A DNA stretch of 57,747 nt from positions 1-57,747 of the IMG/VR virus record IMGVR_UViG_3300033148_006757; one strand, written 5' to 3'. The position numbers and the translations under genes are program-made. Under the pieces are notes generated by a model, which was not told the DNA's origin, searched no databases, and was given only the letters and a program-made list of their open reading frames with translations. The first letter of the stretch is position 1; each line of letters opens with the position of its first letter. Source of the stretch: a virus. Lineage: Duplodnaviria > Caudoviricetes. Below are positions 8,789-18,363 of this stretch, piece after piece.

Positions 8789-10198
8789 ATGTCTGATTTA
8801 GTGGTTTCTGCAGATGGTCATTATATAAAAACTCCAGAGGGAGATCCTTTTTTCTGGGTTAGCGAATGCATTTGGTATCTTGTTCAGAAACTTAATCGAG
8901 CAGATGTGGAATATTTGCTTGATCGACTCGCAGGCATAACAGATCCGGAACTTGGGTGCACAAACGTTATCAAAACGACTATCATTTTTCGAGATGCAGG
9001 AGATGTAGAGAATCCGACGAATGCAAATGGTCATCAGGCGTTTAACGGTGGCACGGTTCCGGATTTTGCAGATCCAAAGGTAGTGGCTGGCGGAACTCCT
9101 GATGCACCGAACGATTATTGGGATCATCTGGATTTTATAGTAAGAGAGACTGCTGCACGTGGGATGTATATTACACTTAATCCCCAATGGTCGAGAGCTT
9201 ATGTACGTGGTCAAAATTCTACAACTCCGATTTCAATTGCTGATGCCAGGTCATATGCTGAGTTTTTGGGTGATCGATATAAAGATGCGACTAATGTGAT
9301 ATGGTTGATTGGTGGAGACGGGAATGATTTAGATTTTGAAACTTATCGTGCAGTATACGAAGCTCAAGCAGAAGGAATCCTCAAAGGCGTAACTGAATGT
9401 ACATCGTGTCCGGTACATGATGAAGCAAGCGCTTTATGGGACGAAGTTACGATGACCTACCATGGGGATTTCAACAGTATGGCCTCAGACTGTTGGGATA
9501 TTAACGAAAAGTGGGCTAATATCGACGGTGCTTATGCTGGAAGGTTTTATTTTGTAACCCCCGCATTCAATTTAGCAAACCCCAGACCAATAGTAGAAAC
9601 AGAAGGATACGGATACTGGTCGTCTACGACTGAGCAATTGCAAGCGATGAGGTTTCATCATTATACCCATATTCTGTCTGGTGGGCGTGGTGCAGAGTAT
9701 ATGAATGAATATATCTGGGATTTTACCGGATCGTGGAAAGATCTGCTTTCGCTTGAGATCAGAAAATACATTACGATATGGAAGGATGCTATAGATTCAG
9801 TAGCGTGGCACAACTTAATTCCCGATCAAGGAATAATTTTATCTGCTAATACGTTTAGTGAGGCAGATTTTAAGAAGACTATTGTAGCGTCGAGATCTTC
9901 TGATGAAGATTTAATTATGGTATTCTATGGTGGGTTAAGTTCTGGATCGGCTCAAGTCGATCTAGGGGATATCACTAACCCCTATGCCAAAGGGTACTGG
10001 ATTAACCCAATGGATGGTGACGTGATGGATGCCGGGACTTATGAGACAACCGAGAACCCAACTTTGGTGATGCCGGGAAGTTGGGAAGATGCGCTACTGA
10101 AACTAGTAGGGACAGAGGGAGATATTCCATATGTTCGTTATAGAGGTATCAATCGACCGAAGCCAAGATTTAATAATGGCGGCAGGAGATTCCAATGA
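8789..10198 (+). CDS. DUF4038/apiosidase-like (GH140-like) glycoside hydrolase with C-terminal beta domain
   Basis: Motifs VSADGHY..GDPFFW, YWDHLDFIV, LGDRYKD..NVIWLIGGD, PIVETEGY, WINPMDG, WEDALL. Confidence 0.75.
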   Translation: MSDLVVSADGHYIKTPEGDPFFWVSECIWYLVQKLNRADVEYLLDRLAGITDPELGCTNVIKTTIIFRDAGDVENPTNANGHQAFNGGTVPDFADPKVVAGGTPDAPNDYWDHLDFIVRETAARGMYITLNPQWSRAYVRGQNSTTPISIADARSYAEFLGDRYKDATNVIWLIGGDGNDLDFETYRAVYEAQAEGILKGVTECTSCPVHDEASALWDEVTMTYHGDFNSMASDCWDINEKWANIDGAYAGRFYFVTPAFNLANPRPIVETEGYGYWSSTTEQLQAMRFHHYTHILSGGRGAEYMNEYIWDFTGSWKDLLSLEIRKYITIWKDAIDSVAWHNLIPDQGIILSANTFSEADFKKTIVASRSSDEDLIMVFYGGLSSGSAQVDLGDITNPYAKGYWINPMDGDVMDAGTYETTENPTLVMPGSWEDALLKLVGTEGDIPYVRYRGINRPKPRFNNGGRRFQ

Positions 10199-10530
10199 GA
10201 CTTAAACAGAATCATCCACTCGCTCAGGGATTACTAACAGCATTTATATTAAATGAATCTGGTGGCAATATAGTTTATGATGTGGCTAAAAATCACATCG
10301 GAACCATTGTCGGTGCCGACTGGGTTCCCGATGGATTAGATTTCATTGCTGCAAATACTGATTATGTGGATTTATTGGATAGTGTTGCAGGCGGTCACGA
10401 TTTCACCGAATTATCTGATAATATAACAGTTGTGGCGGGTATAAATCCAGGTGTAGTTACCGGAGCTGGCACATACTGGCGTCCTGACAATACCATAATA
10501 GAACTACGAACCCAACAAACCACAGAATAA
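10195..10530 (+). CDS. N-terminal half of a LamG/concanavalin A-like adhesin (interrupted)
   Basis: HPLAQGL...LNESGGNIVYD...GTIVGADW..GLDF is a typical viral LamG start; stops mid-domain. Confidence 0.7.
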   Translation: MRLKQNHPLAQGLLTAFILNESGGNIVYDVAKNHIGTIVGADWVPDGLDFIAANTDYVDLLDSVAGGHDFTELSDNITVVAGINPGVVTGAGTYWRPDNTIIELRTQQTTE

Positions 10531-11969
10531 ACACCGATTATACTGTCGGCTTTACAATCGAGGGCGATAATTGGATTTTATATCTTGACGGTGCAAGTGA
10601 TAATAATGGATCGTTTTCTCAGGCTACTGGAGACCGGAGTGTAGGTGGTACTATCTGCAATATGCAGATTGGTGTCAGGTCAACGGATGTAGGAGCCAAA
10701 ACCAGCAGTCAATACGATGGACTGATAAAATATATATATATTTATGATCGTACTCTTTCCGCAGATGAAATGAAATGGCTTGACTACGACCCATATTGTA
10801 TGTTTGAACCAGACTTCGTACCATCTATATACCGAGTATCCGCTTTAATCGATGTATATCTAACTCTATCTCAGAATATGGATATTAGCAAATCCGGGCA
10901 AGCTAATACACAAGGCCCAGTTATATTATCAAATACTTTAGCAACTATAGATGGAGGAGGAGCTAACGCCCTAGGACCTATCAATATCAGTGATCTACTG
11001 GCTATAGACAACTCAGGACAGGGTAATACCCAGGGATCCACGGTATTATCGGACGTATTGTCATTTAGTGTTGGGTCCGATGCCATTATTCAATCCACTA
11101 TAATAATCACGGAGATCTTAACTTTACTTGAAGCAGCAACGGCTACTACGTCAGGGTCGCTGACTTTGAATGAGGTTTTAACCCTCATTCAATCAACAGT
11201 GGGATTGTTTGAGACGGACATCTCAGTTAATGAAATATTAACTATCTTACAAGAGAAATTCGGCACCCTGGAGACAGATCTATCTGTCTCAGAAATATTG
11301 ACAGAGACTTATTCAGGAAATGCCACGACCTTAGGATCTCTGTCTCTGAGTGATATTCTAACTATCCTACAAGCTACTGCAGATAAGTTTGATGAGAATC
11401 TTTCATTGTCTCAGACATTAAATATACTACAGAGTAGCTTGGCGGTCTCTGATAGTGCTGTTAATTTGCTGAATATTTTGAGTATAATATCGGCAGGGGT
11501 AGCGACTACTGAAGCTTCGGCCACTTTTATTAAAGATTTGTCTGTCGCACAAACCAGTACAGAAATAGTCCAGGCCTATCTGGCACTAGCTTATGATATG
11601 GCCGTTCAATCTCAAAGTATCAGTACAGCCTCCTCGGTCCTCACTATGGCCATGAATGCCGGAATTAGTGCCACAGTAGCTATAGATATGTCTGGATCAT
11701 TATCTCTATCTCAATCCTTGATACTGTCGCAGATAGGAAGCGCTAACTCCGAGTCAGAAATGTCTCTGAGTAACACACTTTCTACAACGATTCTAGCAGA
11801 AGCACTGGCTTCAGCTGGGATATCTTTAAATATGGTTGAAGTACTTGTTACTAATGGAACATTAATAGGTATTACTATTACCCTTCCAGACAGGCGGACT
11901 ATTACTATCGGAGTAGAAGTTAGAATAGCAAAAATCCCAGAAGAGGATAGAACCGCGATCATAAGGTGA
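10527..11969 (+). CDS. C-terminal half of LamG domain plus repetitive stalk (fibre/adhesin)
   Basis: Frame of ORF 10662 is open from 10488 and encodes INTDYTVGFT..WILYLDG..IGVR..YDGLIKYIYIYDRTLS; then ~23-aa LS(D/E)ILT repeats. Confidence 0.65.
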   Translation: MNTDYTVGFTIEGDNWILYLDGASDNNGSFSQATGDRSVGGTICNMQIGVRSTDVGAKTSSQYDGLIKYIYIYDRTLSADEMKWLDYDPYCMFEPDFVPSIYRVSALIDVYLTLSQNMDISKSGQANTQGPVILSNTLATIDGGGANALGPINISDLLAIDNSGQGNTQGSTVLSDVLSFSVGSDAIIQSTIIITEILTLLEAATATTSGSLTLNEVLTLIQSTVGLFETDISVNEILTILQEKFGTLETDLSVSEILTETYSGNATTLGSLSLSDILTILQATADKFDENLSLSQTLNILQSSLAVSDSAVNLLNILSIISAGVATTEASATFIKDLSVAQTSTEIVQAYLALAYDMAVQSQSISTASSVLTMAMNAGISATVAIDMSGSLSLSQSLILSQIGSANSESEMSLSNTLSTTILAEALASAGISLNMVEVLVTNGTLIGITITLPDRRTITIGVEVRIAKIPEEDRTAIIR

Positions 11970-12487
11970 TATATATGAAACCGCAAAACTTAAATGCAAA
12001 ATTTGGTGATCTGTTCCTAGTCGAATGTTTCGATAAGGATGGTAACCTGAAATGGAAAGATACTATCAAGAATCTGGTAGTGAATGAAGGTCTCGATGAT
12101 GCCTTAGATAAGTATTTCAAGGGAAGTGCTTATACAGCCGCCCACTACGTCGGACTTACTGACGGAACCCCCACAGTAGCTGCCGCGGATACAATGGCTT
12201 CACATGCTGGGTGGGTTGAAGTAGTAGCTTATGACGAGGCAGTCAGACAGACATTGACATTAGGCGCAGTATCGGGCCAGTCAGTGGATAATTCAGCCAG
12301 TAAAGCAGTGTTTACAATTTCCTCAAATGCAACCACAATCGGCGGGGCATTCATAAGTACTAATAACACCAGAGGGGGATCAACCGGCACCTTATATGGT
12401 GGGGGAGCATTCACTGCGGGCGATAAAGTATTGGATGACGATGATGTCCTTAATGTGACAGTCACAGCCAGTGCTGCAGCAAGCTGA
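11966..12487 (+). CDS. fibre-associated structural protein
   Basis: DKDGNLKW...NLVVNEGLD...DDVLNVT pattern typical of phage fibre-cluster proteins; start may be ATG 11975. Confidence 0.65.
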   Translation: MIYMKPQNLNAKFGDLFLVECFDKDGNLKWKDTIKNLVVNEGLDDALDKYFKGSAYTAAHYVGLTDGTPTVAAADTMASHAGWVEVVAYDEAVRQTLTLGAVSGQSVDNSASKAVFTISSNATTIGGAFISTNNTRGGSTGTLYGGGAFTAGDKVLDDDDVLNVTVTASAAAS

Positions 12488-12499
12488 AGAGGTATACTA

Positions 12500-12775
12500 A
12501 TGGTTCTAACCACATTTCTCAAAGATCCGGATTCAGTCCTAGACTACGCATTTAACTGGGGTGAATGGTTAGAATCAGGAGAAAGTATCAATAGCCACGT
12601 AATAACAGTGGAAAACGGAATCACTAAGGATGATAGTGGGAACTCGGCCACTGCTGTTACTGTTTGGCTTTCCGGAGGTACCGCTGGAACTAACTACAAC
12701 ATAGCCTGTAAGATAGTAACCACCCAAGGACGTACTGATGAAAGATCTGTTACTATTCGGTGCAGAGAGCGATGA
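12500..12775 (+). CDS. phage fibre adaptor-like protein
   Basis: KDPDSVLDYAFNW..WL...VWLSGGTAG..Y...C...T..GRTDER. Confidence 0.7.
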   Translation: MVLTTFLKDPDSVLDYAFNWGEWLESGESINSHVITVENGITKDDSGNSATAVTVWLSGGTAGTNYNIACKIVTTQGRTDERSVTIRCRER

Positions 12776-14280
12776 ATAATTCGGTACAAGATCATTTAAA
12801 TACTCCTAGCTTTGAATATCTGTCCGACAGGCAGAGGAACTATATAACTCTTCTGTCTGAAGTATTTTATATGAAAAATGCTAGGGGGACTGTATTCCCA
12901 TACCGGCCAGAGCCTTATCAAATTGAGTACCATGCTGATTGTATGGTCGCTATCCAGGACTTCCCTAACAGATTATGGAAAAAGGCTCGGGGTATTGGAG
13001 CTAGTGCCACTACTATGATGGATGCCTTAATGGTAGCTCATAGATTCAAAGGGGTTAAGATACCAGTAGGATCTGTTACGGGTACTCAGGCATTTGGTCC
13101 TATAGAATGGGCTATATGGTTAGCAGATAATCCCCAGATACCAGATTTTTTTAATCGTAATCAAGAAATAAATTCCATATGTGAATTAGATAATGGGTCT
13201 ATCATTTTTCCTGTTCCCGGACATAACCCAGAAGCGCTTCGTAATTATCGGACCGTTTTTAACGTATATGATGAATTTGCATTTCATCCCTATCCTAAGA
13301 AACTTAAGGCAGCCGGGGATTCCTGTCTATCGGAAGGTGGACAGATTAACATATTATCTACCTTGAATGGAACAGAAAACGAATACTGGCGGATTATACA
13401 GAATGCCGAGGATATGGGCTATAAAGTATATGATGTCCCTATGTTTGATCCCGCTAAGTTTGATGTTACCAGACCCATACCAGACCAGATAGCCGAAGGT
13501 ACTATAACTCCAATTTCCCCATGGGTTGATGTCGGAAAACTAGAGGAAGGGAGAAAGTATGACCCGGTTATATTTATGCAGGAACAGATGTGCGATCCAG
13601 AAGACGCTGCTATATCCTTCTTATCTCAAGTGCTCTTAGAAGAGATATGCAGACCGGTTCGATATCTAGTTCAAGATAGGAGATTCGGTTTGAATTCATA
13701 TCATTTAGGGATAGACTTCGCGAGTGAGCATGATGTTTCCGCTTTTGAAATAATGGAACGGACTACTGCAGGATGGATTCATCGGGGAAGAGTTCCGGTT
13801 AGAAAGACTGACACCGTTCAACAAAATTACCTCGCACGAGAGCTAGATAAGGCTTTTGGTTTTTCTACGCTCACTATAGATTTAACTGGGCCGGGCATTG
13901 GCTTCTACCACTACGCTAAACATGATTTCGGAAGTAAAGTGATAGGTATCAATTTTTCTACCCGTCAAGCTATAGATGAAAAAGAATCACATTTATATAG
14001 AAGTAAAGACAAAAATGTAACTAAGACTGGAGCCATAACAATACCTATAAAGCGGGCCATGGCCATTAATATGAAAATAGAAATGGAACGGGGTCGATGT
14101 ATCATAATGGATATCCCTGAATATAAAGCAGATCTCCATTCAGTGGATTATGATTCATTAGATGCTCCTAGATCCCGTGATCGTCATGGTGATGAATTTT
14201 GGGGAACCGCTCTAGCTATGTGGGGCCCTAATGTAAGTAATAAACAAATAACTATTAGACCGAGAGCTAGGAGATACTAA
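12772..14280 (+). CDS. terL: terminase large subunit
   Basis: KARGIGAS (Walker A), VYDEFAF (Walker B), LSTLNG, nuclease motifs GIDFA, IDLTGPG, HGDEFWGTALA. Confidence 0.92.
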   Translation: MNNSVQDHLNTPSFEYLSDRQRNYITLLSEVFYMKNARGTVFPYRPEPYQIEYHADCMVAIQDFPNRLWKKARGIGASATTMMDALMVAHRFKGVKIPVGSVTGTQAFGPIEWAIWLADNPQIPDFFNRNQEINSICELDNGSIIFPVPGHNPEALRNYRTVFNVYDEFAFHPYPKKLKAAGDSCLSEGGQINILSTLNGTENEYWRIIQNAEDMGYKVYDVPMFDPAKFDVTRPIPDQIAEGTITPISPWVDVGKLEEGRKYDPVIFMQEQMCDPEDAAISFLSQVLLEEICRPVRYLVQDRRFGLNSYHLGIDFASEHDVSAFEIMERTTAGWIHRGRVPVRKTDTVQQNYLARELDKAFGFSTLTIDLTGPGIGFYHYAKHDFGSKVIGINFSTRQAIDEKESHLYRSKDKNVTKTGAITIPIKRAMAINMKIEMERGRCIIMDIPEYKADLHSVDYDSLDAPRSRDRHGDEFWGTALAMWGPNVSNKQITIRPRARRY

Positions 14281-15764
14281 TGCCGATAGATGAACAGAAA
14301 TCCAAGAAGAAAATAGTAGGGGGGACTATGCGATTAGTCCAGACTTATGATGACTTCCTAAGAATTACTCCCCCAGAAAGTACCAGACAAGGGAATTTCA
14401 AAAAGAATAAATATGATGTTTATAGAGAGATGGTGGACTTTGATAATGAGGTATCTGGGGGGTTAATGAGAATAGCCGCAGTTGTAGAAAAGGCTTATGA
14501 TGGCCCCGGAATGAAACCCGATGGGGATGAAAAATTGTTTTCATTAGTCACCCAGATATTGGATGAAATGAGATTCAATAAAATCCTAGGATCTACAGTG
14601 ATATCCTTAGGGAGAGATGGGGATGTAGCAAATATCCCGATAGGGCTCCCTACCGGGATGACGAAGAAAAAAGCTTTAAAATCTCCTATCAAAGGAATGA
14701 AACCTCTCCCTACCAATATTTTAACCATCACTGATAAGGGGACTCCTAAGAATGGGTTAGATCAGGGTTATGTGATAATGAATCGAGAGAAATATCTCCT
14801 GAATGAGGGTGATATAGGATCCAAATCAGGTCCGGTCTATAATGGAGAGAATGTGTGGCATGTATCTATTGGGGCCCGAGACAATTGGACCTTGGATATT
14901 AAAGGTCGATCCACCTATGGTTTATGGGGAATCAGTCCGTTACATTCTTTAATCTCATCAGTCCGATGGAAAGCCCAGAGCATAAGAGATGATATCTCCT
15001 GGAGGCATGCAAATGTTCCCCGTTTTGATCATTCAGTGCCCTTAGGGGCTGTATTAGACCTTAATGAATATACCGGAACAGTCGAGGAGCGGATTGAGAA
15101 AGCTCAGAGGATTGCTGATGACATATTAGATGACTATCGGGCCGGAATGGTCAACAATGAAGATGATTCTCGTTATCCTTCCCAGGATGAGGAAACAGTG
15201 ATGGATGTAAATCAAGGATTCATTCATGACTCTGAAACTAATGTTACTCAAGTAGGGGGACACCATACATATGCAGATTGTCTACCAATTGTGGAGAAAG
15301 TAGATGGAAGCATTGCTTCGAAAATGGGTCTTCCTATATCTGCCTTTGGATATGAAAAAGGCTCTAGTTATGCTATAGGAAAAGTCACATCGGGGTTCAT
15401 GAACACTTTTGGACTTCATCTTCTCAATAGTATCCAGGAGGGTACTTTTGATTATATTCAAAGAGTTATTAACCAGCGGACTAATAAGAGATTTGATGAA
15501 TCTGAATGGGATAAGATCTATCTCAAATATACGGTCACGGATTTCGAAGAACTCAAAACAAGAGTGGATGCATGGGGTCTAGCATATAAAGACGGAATGG
15601 CCAGACTAGGAGAAGCCCGAAATGGAATTAATCTGCAGCCAGTAGAGAAAGATGCGGATGAAGAAGATATCAATAACCAATTCCATCCGGGATTAGTACC
15701 AGTGCCCAGTCAAGTTAATGTCAATACTGGACCCAATGGAGAACCCGAGGAGGAGGATGAATAA
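14280..15764 (+). CDS. portal protein
   Basis: Follows TerL; 494 aa; YGLWGISPL and C-terminal EARNGINL. Confidence 0.8.
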   Translation: MPIDEQKSKKKIVGGTMRLVQTYDDFLRITPPESTRQGNFKKNKYDVYREMVDFDNEVSGGLMRIAAVVEKAYDGPGMKPDGDEKLFSLVTQILDEMRFNKILGSTVISLGRDGDVANIPIGLPTGMTKKKALKSPIKGMKPLPTNILTITDKGTPKNGLDQGYVIMNREKYLLNEGDIGSKSGPVYNGENVWHVSIGARDNWTLDIKGRSTYGLWGISPLHSLISSVRWKAQSIRDDISWRHANVPRFDHSVPLGAVLDLNEYTGTVEERIEKAQRIADDILDDYRAGMVNNEDDSRYPSQDEETVMDVNQGFIHDSETNVTQVGGHHTYADCLPIVEKVDGSIASKMGLPISAFGYEKGSSYAIGKVTSGFMNTFGLHLLNSIQEGTFDYIQRVINQRTNKRFDESEWDKIYLKYTVTDFEELKTRVDAWGLAYKDGMARLGEARNGINLQPVEKDADEEDINNQFHPGLVPVPSQVNVNTGPNGEPEEEDE

Positions 15765-15765
15765 T

Positions 15766-15891
15766 ATGGAACCAGACCTTAATGTCAGAATGACTAGGAT
15801 AGAAGCGGAGATAGATGCTATAAAAAACAGAGTGTCCGGAGTGGAACAGAGGAAGAAACTGGTAAGAGAAGTTAAATCTACTAGAGGGTAG
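15766..15891 (+). CDS. small coiled-coil protein (41 aa)
   Basis: Manually translated MEPDLNVRMTRIEAEIDAIKNRVSGVEQRKK...; GGAGG RBS. Confidence 0.5.
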   Translation: MEPDLNVRMTRIEAEIDAIKNRVSGVEQRKKLVREVKSTRG

Positions 15892-15903
15892 GATCCCCTA
15901 TTA

Positions 15904-16329
15904 ATGGTAATAAATAGCAAAATACCTAAGCTGATAGGGGAGTTAGAAGCCTTCAAGCGAGAGGCTTTGGTTAGCGCTGCTCATTTTCTTAGAGATAGGA
16001 TGAAGGATACTATAGAAAAACAGACCGAATCATCCTGGGCTTCTTTATCCCTAGTTACTCTGAGAAAGAAATTTCCGGAGACTAGGAAGTTGTTTGAGAA
16101 GGGAAATTTAGTGGATGCTATAAAGGCGGAAATAGGTCATGTAGAGGCCACCGTGGGAATACATAAAAATGAAAAACGATGGGATATAGGAATATTTCAG
16201 GAATATGGTGCTCCTAGAGCCGGTATTCCATCTAGATCTTTTATCAGGAGTACTTGGGCTAGATATCAGTTAGAAGTTAAAGCCCGTATCGAAGCCATTT
16301 TTATTCGTAAGACAAAGATCGGAAAATAG
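15904..16329 (+). CDS. HK97 gp10-like / virion morphogenesis (neck/tail completion) protein
   Basis: WASLS..T...K, GNLVDAI, FQEYGAPRAGIPSRSFIR. Confidence 0.75.
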   Translation: MVINSKIPKLIGELEAFKREALVSAAHFLRDRMKDTIEKQTESSWASLSLVTLRKKFPETRKLFEKGNLVDAIKAEIGHVEATVGIHKNEKRWDIGIFQEYGAPRAGIPSRSFIRSTWARYQLEVKARIEAIFIRKTKIGK

Positions 16330-16435
16330 AGTAGACTTAATATAGAGGTATTGAGAATATAGTAGTAATAAGCAATATGAGGAAGTGGATTAAATCAACG
16401 ATCAAATAAAATCCCATATAACATCTCAGCTCAAA

Positions 16436-17500
16436 GTGAGATCTTTCGAGGAAAAAGAGGCAGGAGTATTCACTATTAAAGCTGCTAAAGTCGGAAGTGC
16501 TAGTTATAACTGGATTGGAGATAAATTGACATTCTCTGAAGAAAGTCTCATAAATTATGCTCACACTTGGGCTGGTGGCATCATCACTCTAAATCATATG
16601 TATGTAGATGATGATAACAGTATGATTCTATCCTCAGAATTCAACACCTCTGATAAGCTGGTCTATATGGATATAAAAGTGGCAAACGAGATGACTGCGG
16701 AGAGAATCCGTGCCAAAGAACCAACAGGCGTTAGTATAGAAGCTAATATTGTTGGGGATACTCCGAATGGCGAGATAATCGCTTTTACGGGTACGGGAGT
16801 TTCTATCGTATTCTATCCTGATCAACCAGCATGTCCCACAGAAGAAGGATGCGGCATCGTATCCAAAGATTTTAATACTGATGATAGCCTCTCTAATCAG
16901 AAACGCGCATCAGCTAATACAGCAACTCCATCGAGGGTTGAAACAACATTATCCGGAGGGATAAGTATAGACGAAATAAATGAAACAGGTACTCCGGGAG
17001 CAACTCTATCTACCGAAACGGGTGGAGCTGTTTCTCAGGAGGATTTCCAGACGATTTCTGCTAAGCTCCTCGAGACTCGAAGAGAATTAGCTGAGCTCAA
17101 GGCTGGAGCAAAGGATCAGGAATATCTCGAAAAGATCCAGGCTAAGGATAGTCAGATAGACACCCTGAAGGCCGAGATCGACAAAAGAGATTCTGATGTA
17201 GCAGCAGGACTCGTTGAGAAGATCCTGAAGATAGATCCAGAATTCTCTGCCGAAGGAAAGAATCTCTCTGAACTGACCAGTATCCATGCATCTCTCAGTC
17301 GTATGATGAAAAAGATCAAAAGCGCTGAGGAAGAGCCAGAGGACCCTAATGAAGAAGAAGTAGATGCTGGTGAATTCCGAGATCCGAGACAGAGTGCAGG
17401 TAAAGGAGACGCCTTATCAATCGGCGGAATCTCCGGTGGAGTATGGACTGGCGGAAATGGTAAGACTCCAATCTCGGCGAAAGTAGCTAGAGGTGAGTAG
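16436..17500 (+). CDS. prohead protease/scaffold protein
   Basis: ITLNH, GVSIE, QPAC...GCGI followed by a coiled-coil scaffold region; upstream of capsid genes. Confidence 0.7.
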   Translation: MRSFEEKEAGVFTIKAAKVGSASYNWIGDKLTFSEESLINYAHTWAGGIITLNHMYVDDDNSMILSSEFNTSDKLVYMDIKVANEMTAERIRAKEPTGVSIEANIVGDTPNGEIIAFTGTGVSIVFYPDQPACPTEEGCGIVSKDFNTDDSLSNQKRASANTATPSRVETTLSGGISIDEINETGTPGATLSTETGGAVSQEDFQTISAKLLETRRELAELKAGAKDQEYLEKIQAKDSQIDTLKAEIDKRDSDVAAGLVEKILKIDPEFSAEGKNLSELTSIHASLSRMMKKIKSAEEEPEDPNEEEVDAGEFRDPRQSAGKGDALSIGGISGGVWTGGNGKTPISAKVARGE

Positions 17501-17502
17501 TA

Positions 17503-18363
17503 ATGTCCTGGCAAAGAACTAAACCAGTAAATAGAATTCTCCTGGCCGGCCAGCCCGATGAACTTATCGGAAAGGTTGGTGGAACAGTCACTGAGATGAA
17601 ACCCGGTAGACTTGTCACCAAGGGCACTAACGATGATGATATAATCATCAATAGTAAGACCACATCACCAACAGCCTTCCTGGGGTATGAACAGACTAAT
17701 AACTACTACAAGCCAACCGATGTAGATACTGCATATACTGCAAATGATATTGCTACCATTCTGAATGGCCCAATGGTCATTAATGGCTCTGTATCTGAGG
17801 CGGTCAATAAAGGTGATCTGCTCTGTGGAGATGATGACGGTAAGCTCAGAAAGTATTATCCCGGCGCGATCAAGACAATGGTAATACCCTTCATCAAGAA
17901 GACGACTGAGTTCGACAGTACTTTTGATCTTCCCGAAGGAGCCGTTATAATCGGCCAGCCATTTGTGGAAGTAGTCGATGAAGTGGCATCCGGTACTATT
18001 GACGTTGGTATTCTCTCATCTGAAGCAGGTGGAGACGCGGACGGCTTCATTGACGGTATGAGTTGTGCTACAGCAGGGAAGATTGTTCCGATCACTTGGG
18101 ACGCTACCGCAGATGCTGATAACACTATCGGTCTGTTGATAAGTAATGCGATGCTCGGAGGCACTTCTAACTACGGTAGGATCCCCAAGATGTGGGTATG
18201 CGATGGTACAGCAGTATCAGTGTCATACACTACAAGCGACCATGCTATCGCAGGAAACATACATATCATGTACGCAGAACCAGGTGCAGCTGACGAACCA
18301 GTAGCAAAGGCTGAGGAGACAATTGCAGCGGCTGGAGATTGTGCAGTCAGGAGTTTGATTTAA
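17503..18363 (+). CDS. capsid decoration/cement protein with internal insertion domain
   Basis: Between scaffold and MCP; MKPGRLV..., VNKGDLL..., C-terminal PVAKAEE. Confidence 0.6.
   Translation: MSWQRTKPVNRILLAGQPDELIGKVGGTVTEMKPGRLVTKGTNDDDIIINSKTTSPTAFLGYEQTNNYYKPTDVDTAYTANDIATILNGPMVINGSVSEAVNKGDLLCGDDDGKLRKYYPGAIKTMVIPFIKKTTEFDSTFDLPEGAVIIGQPFVEVVDEVASGTIDVGILSSEAGGDADGFIDGMSCATAGKIVPITWDATADADNTIGLLISNAMLGGTSNYGRIPKMWVCDGTAVSVSYTTSDHAIAGNIHIMYAEPGAADEPVAKAEETIAAAGDCAVRSLI

Noticed and set aside
10195-11969. Diversity-generating retroelement target or programmed frameshift
   Set aside because: No reverse transcriptase or TR/VR pair seen, and no canonical slippery heptamer at the junction
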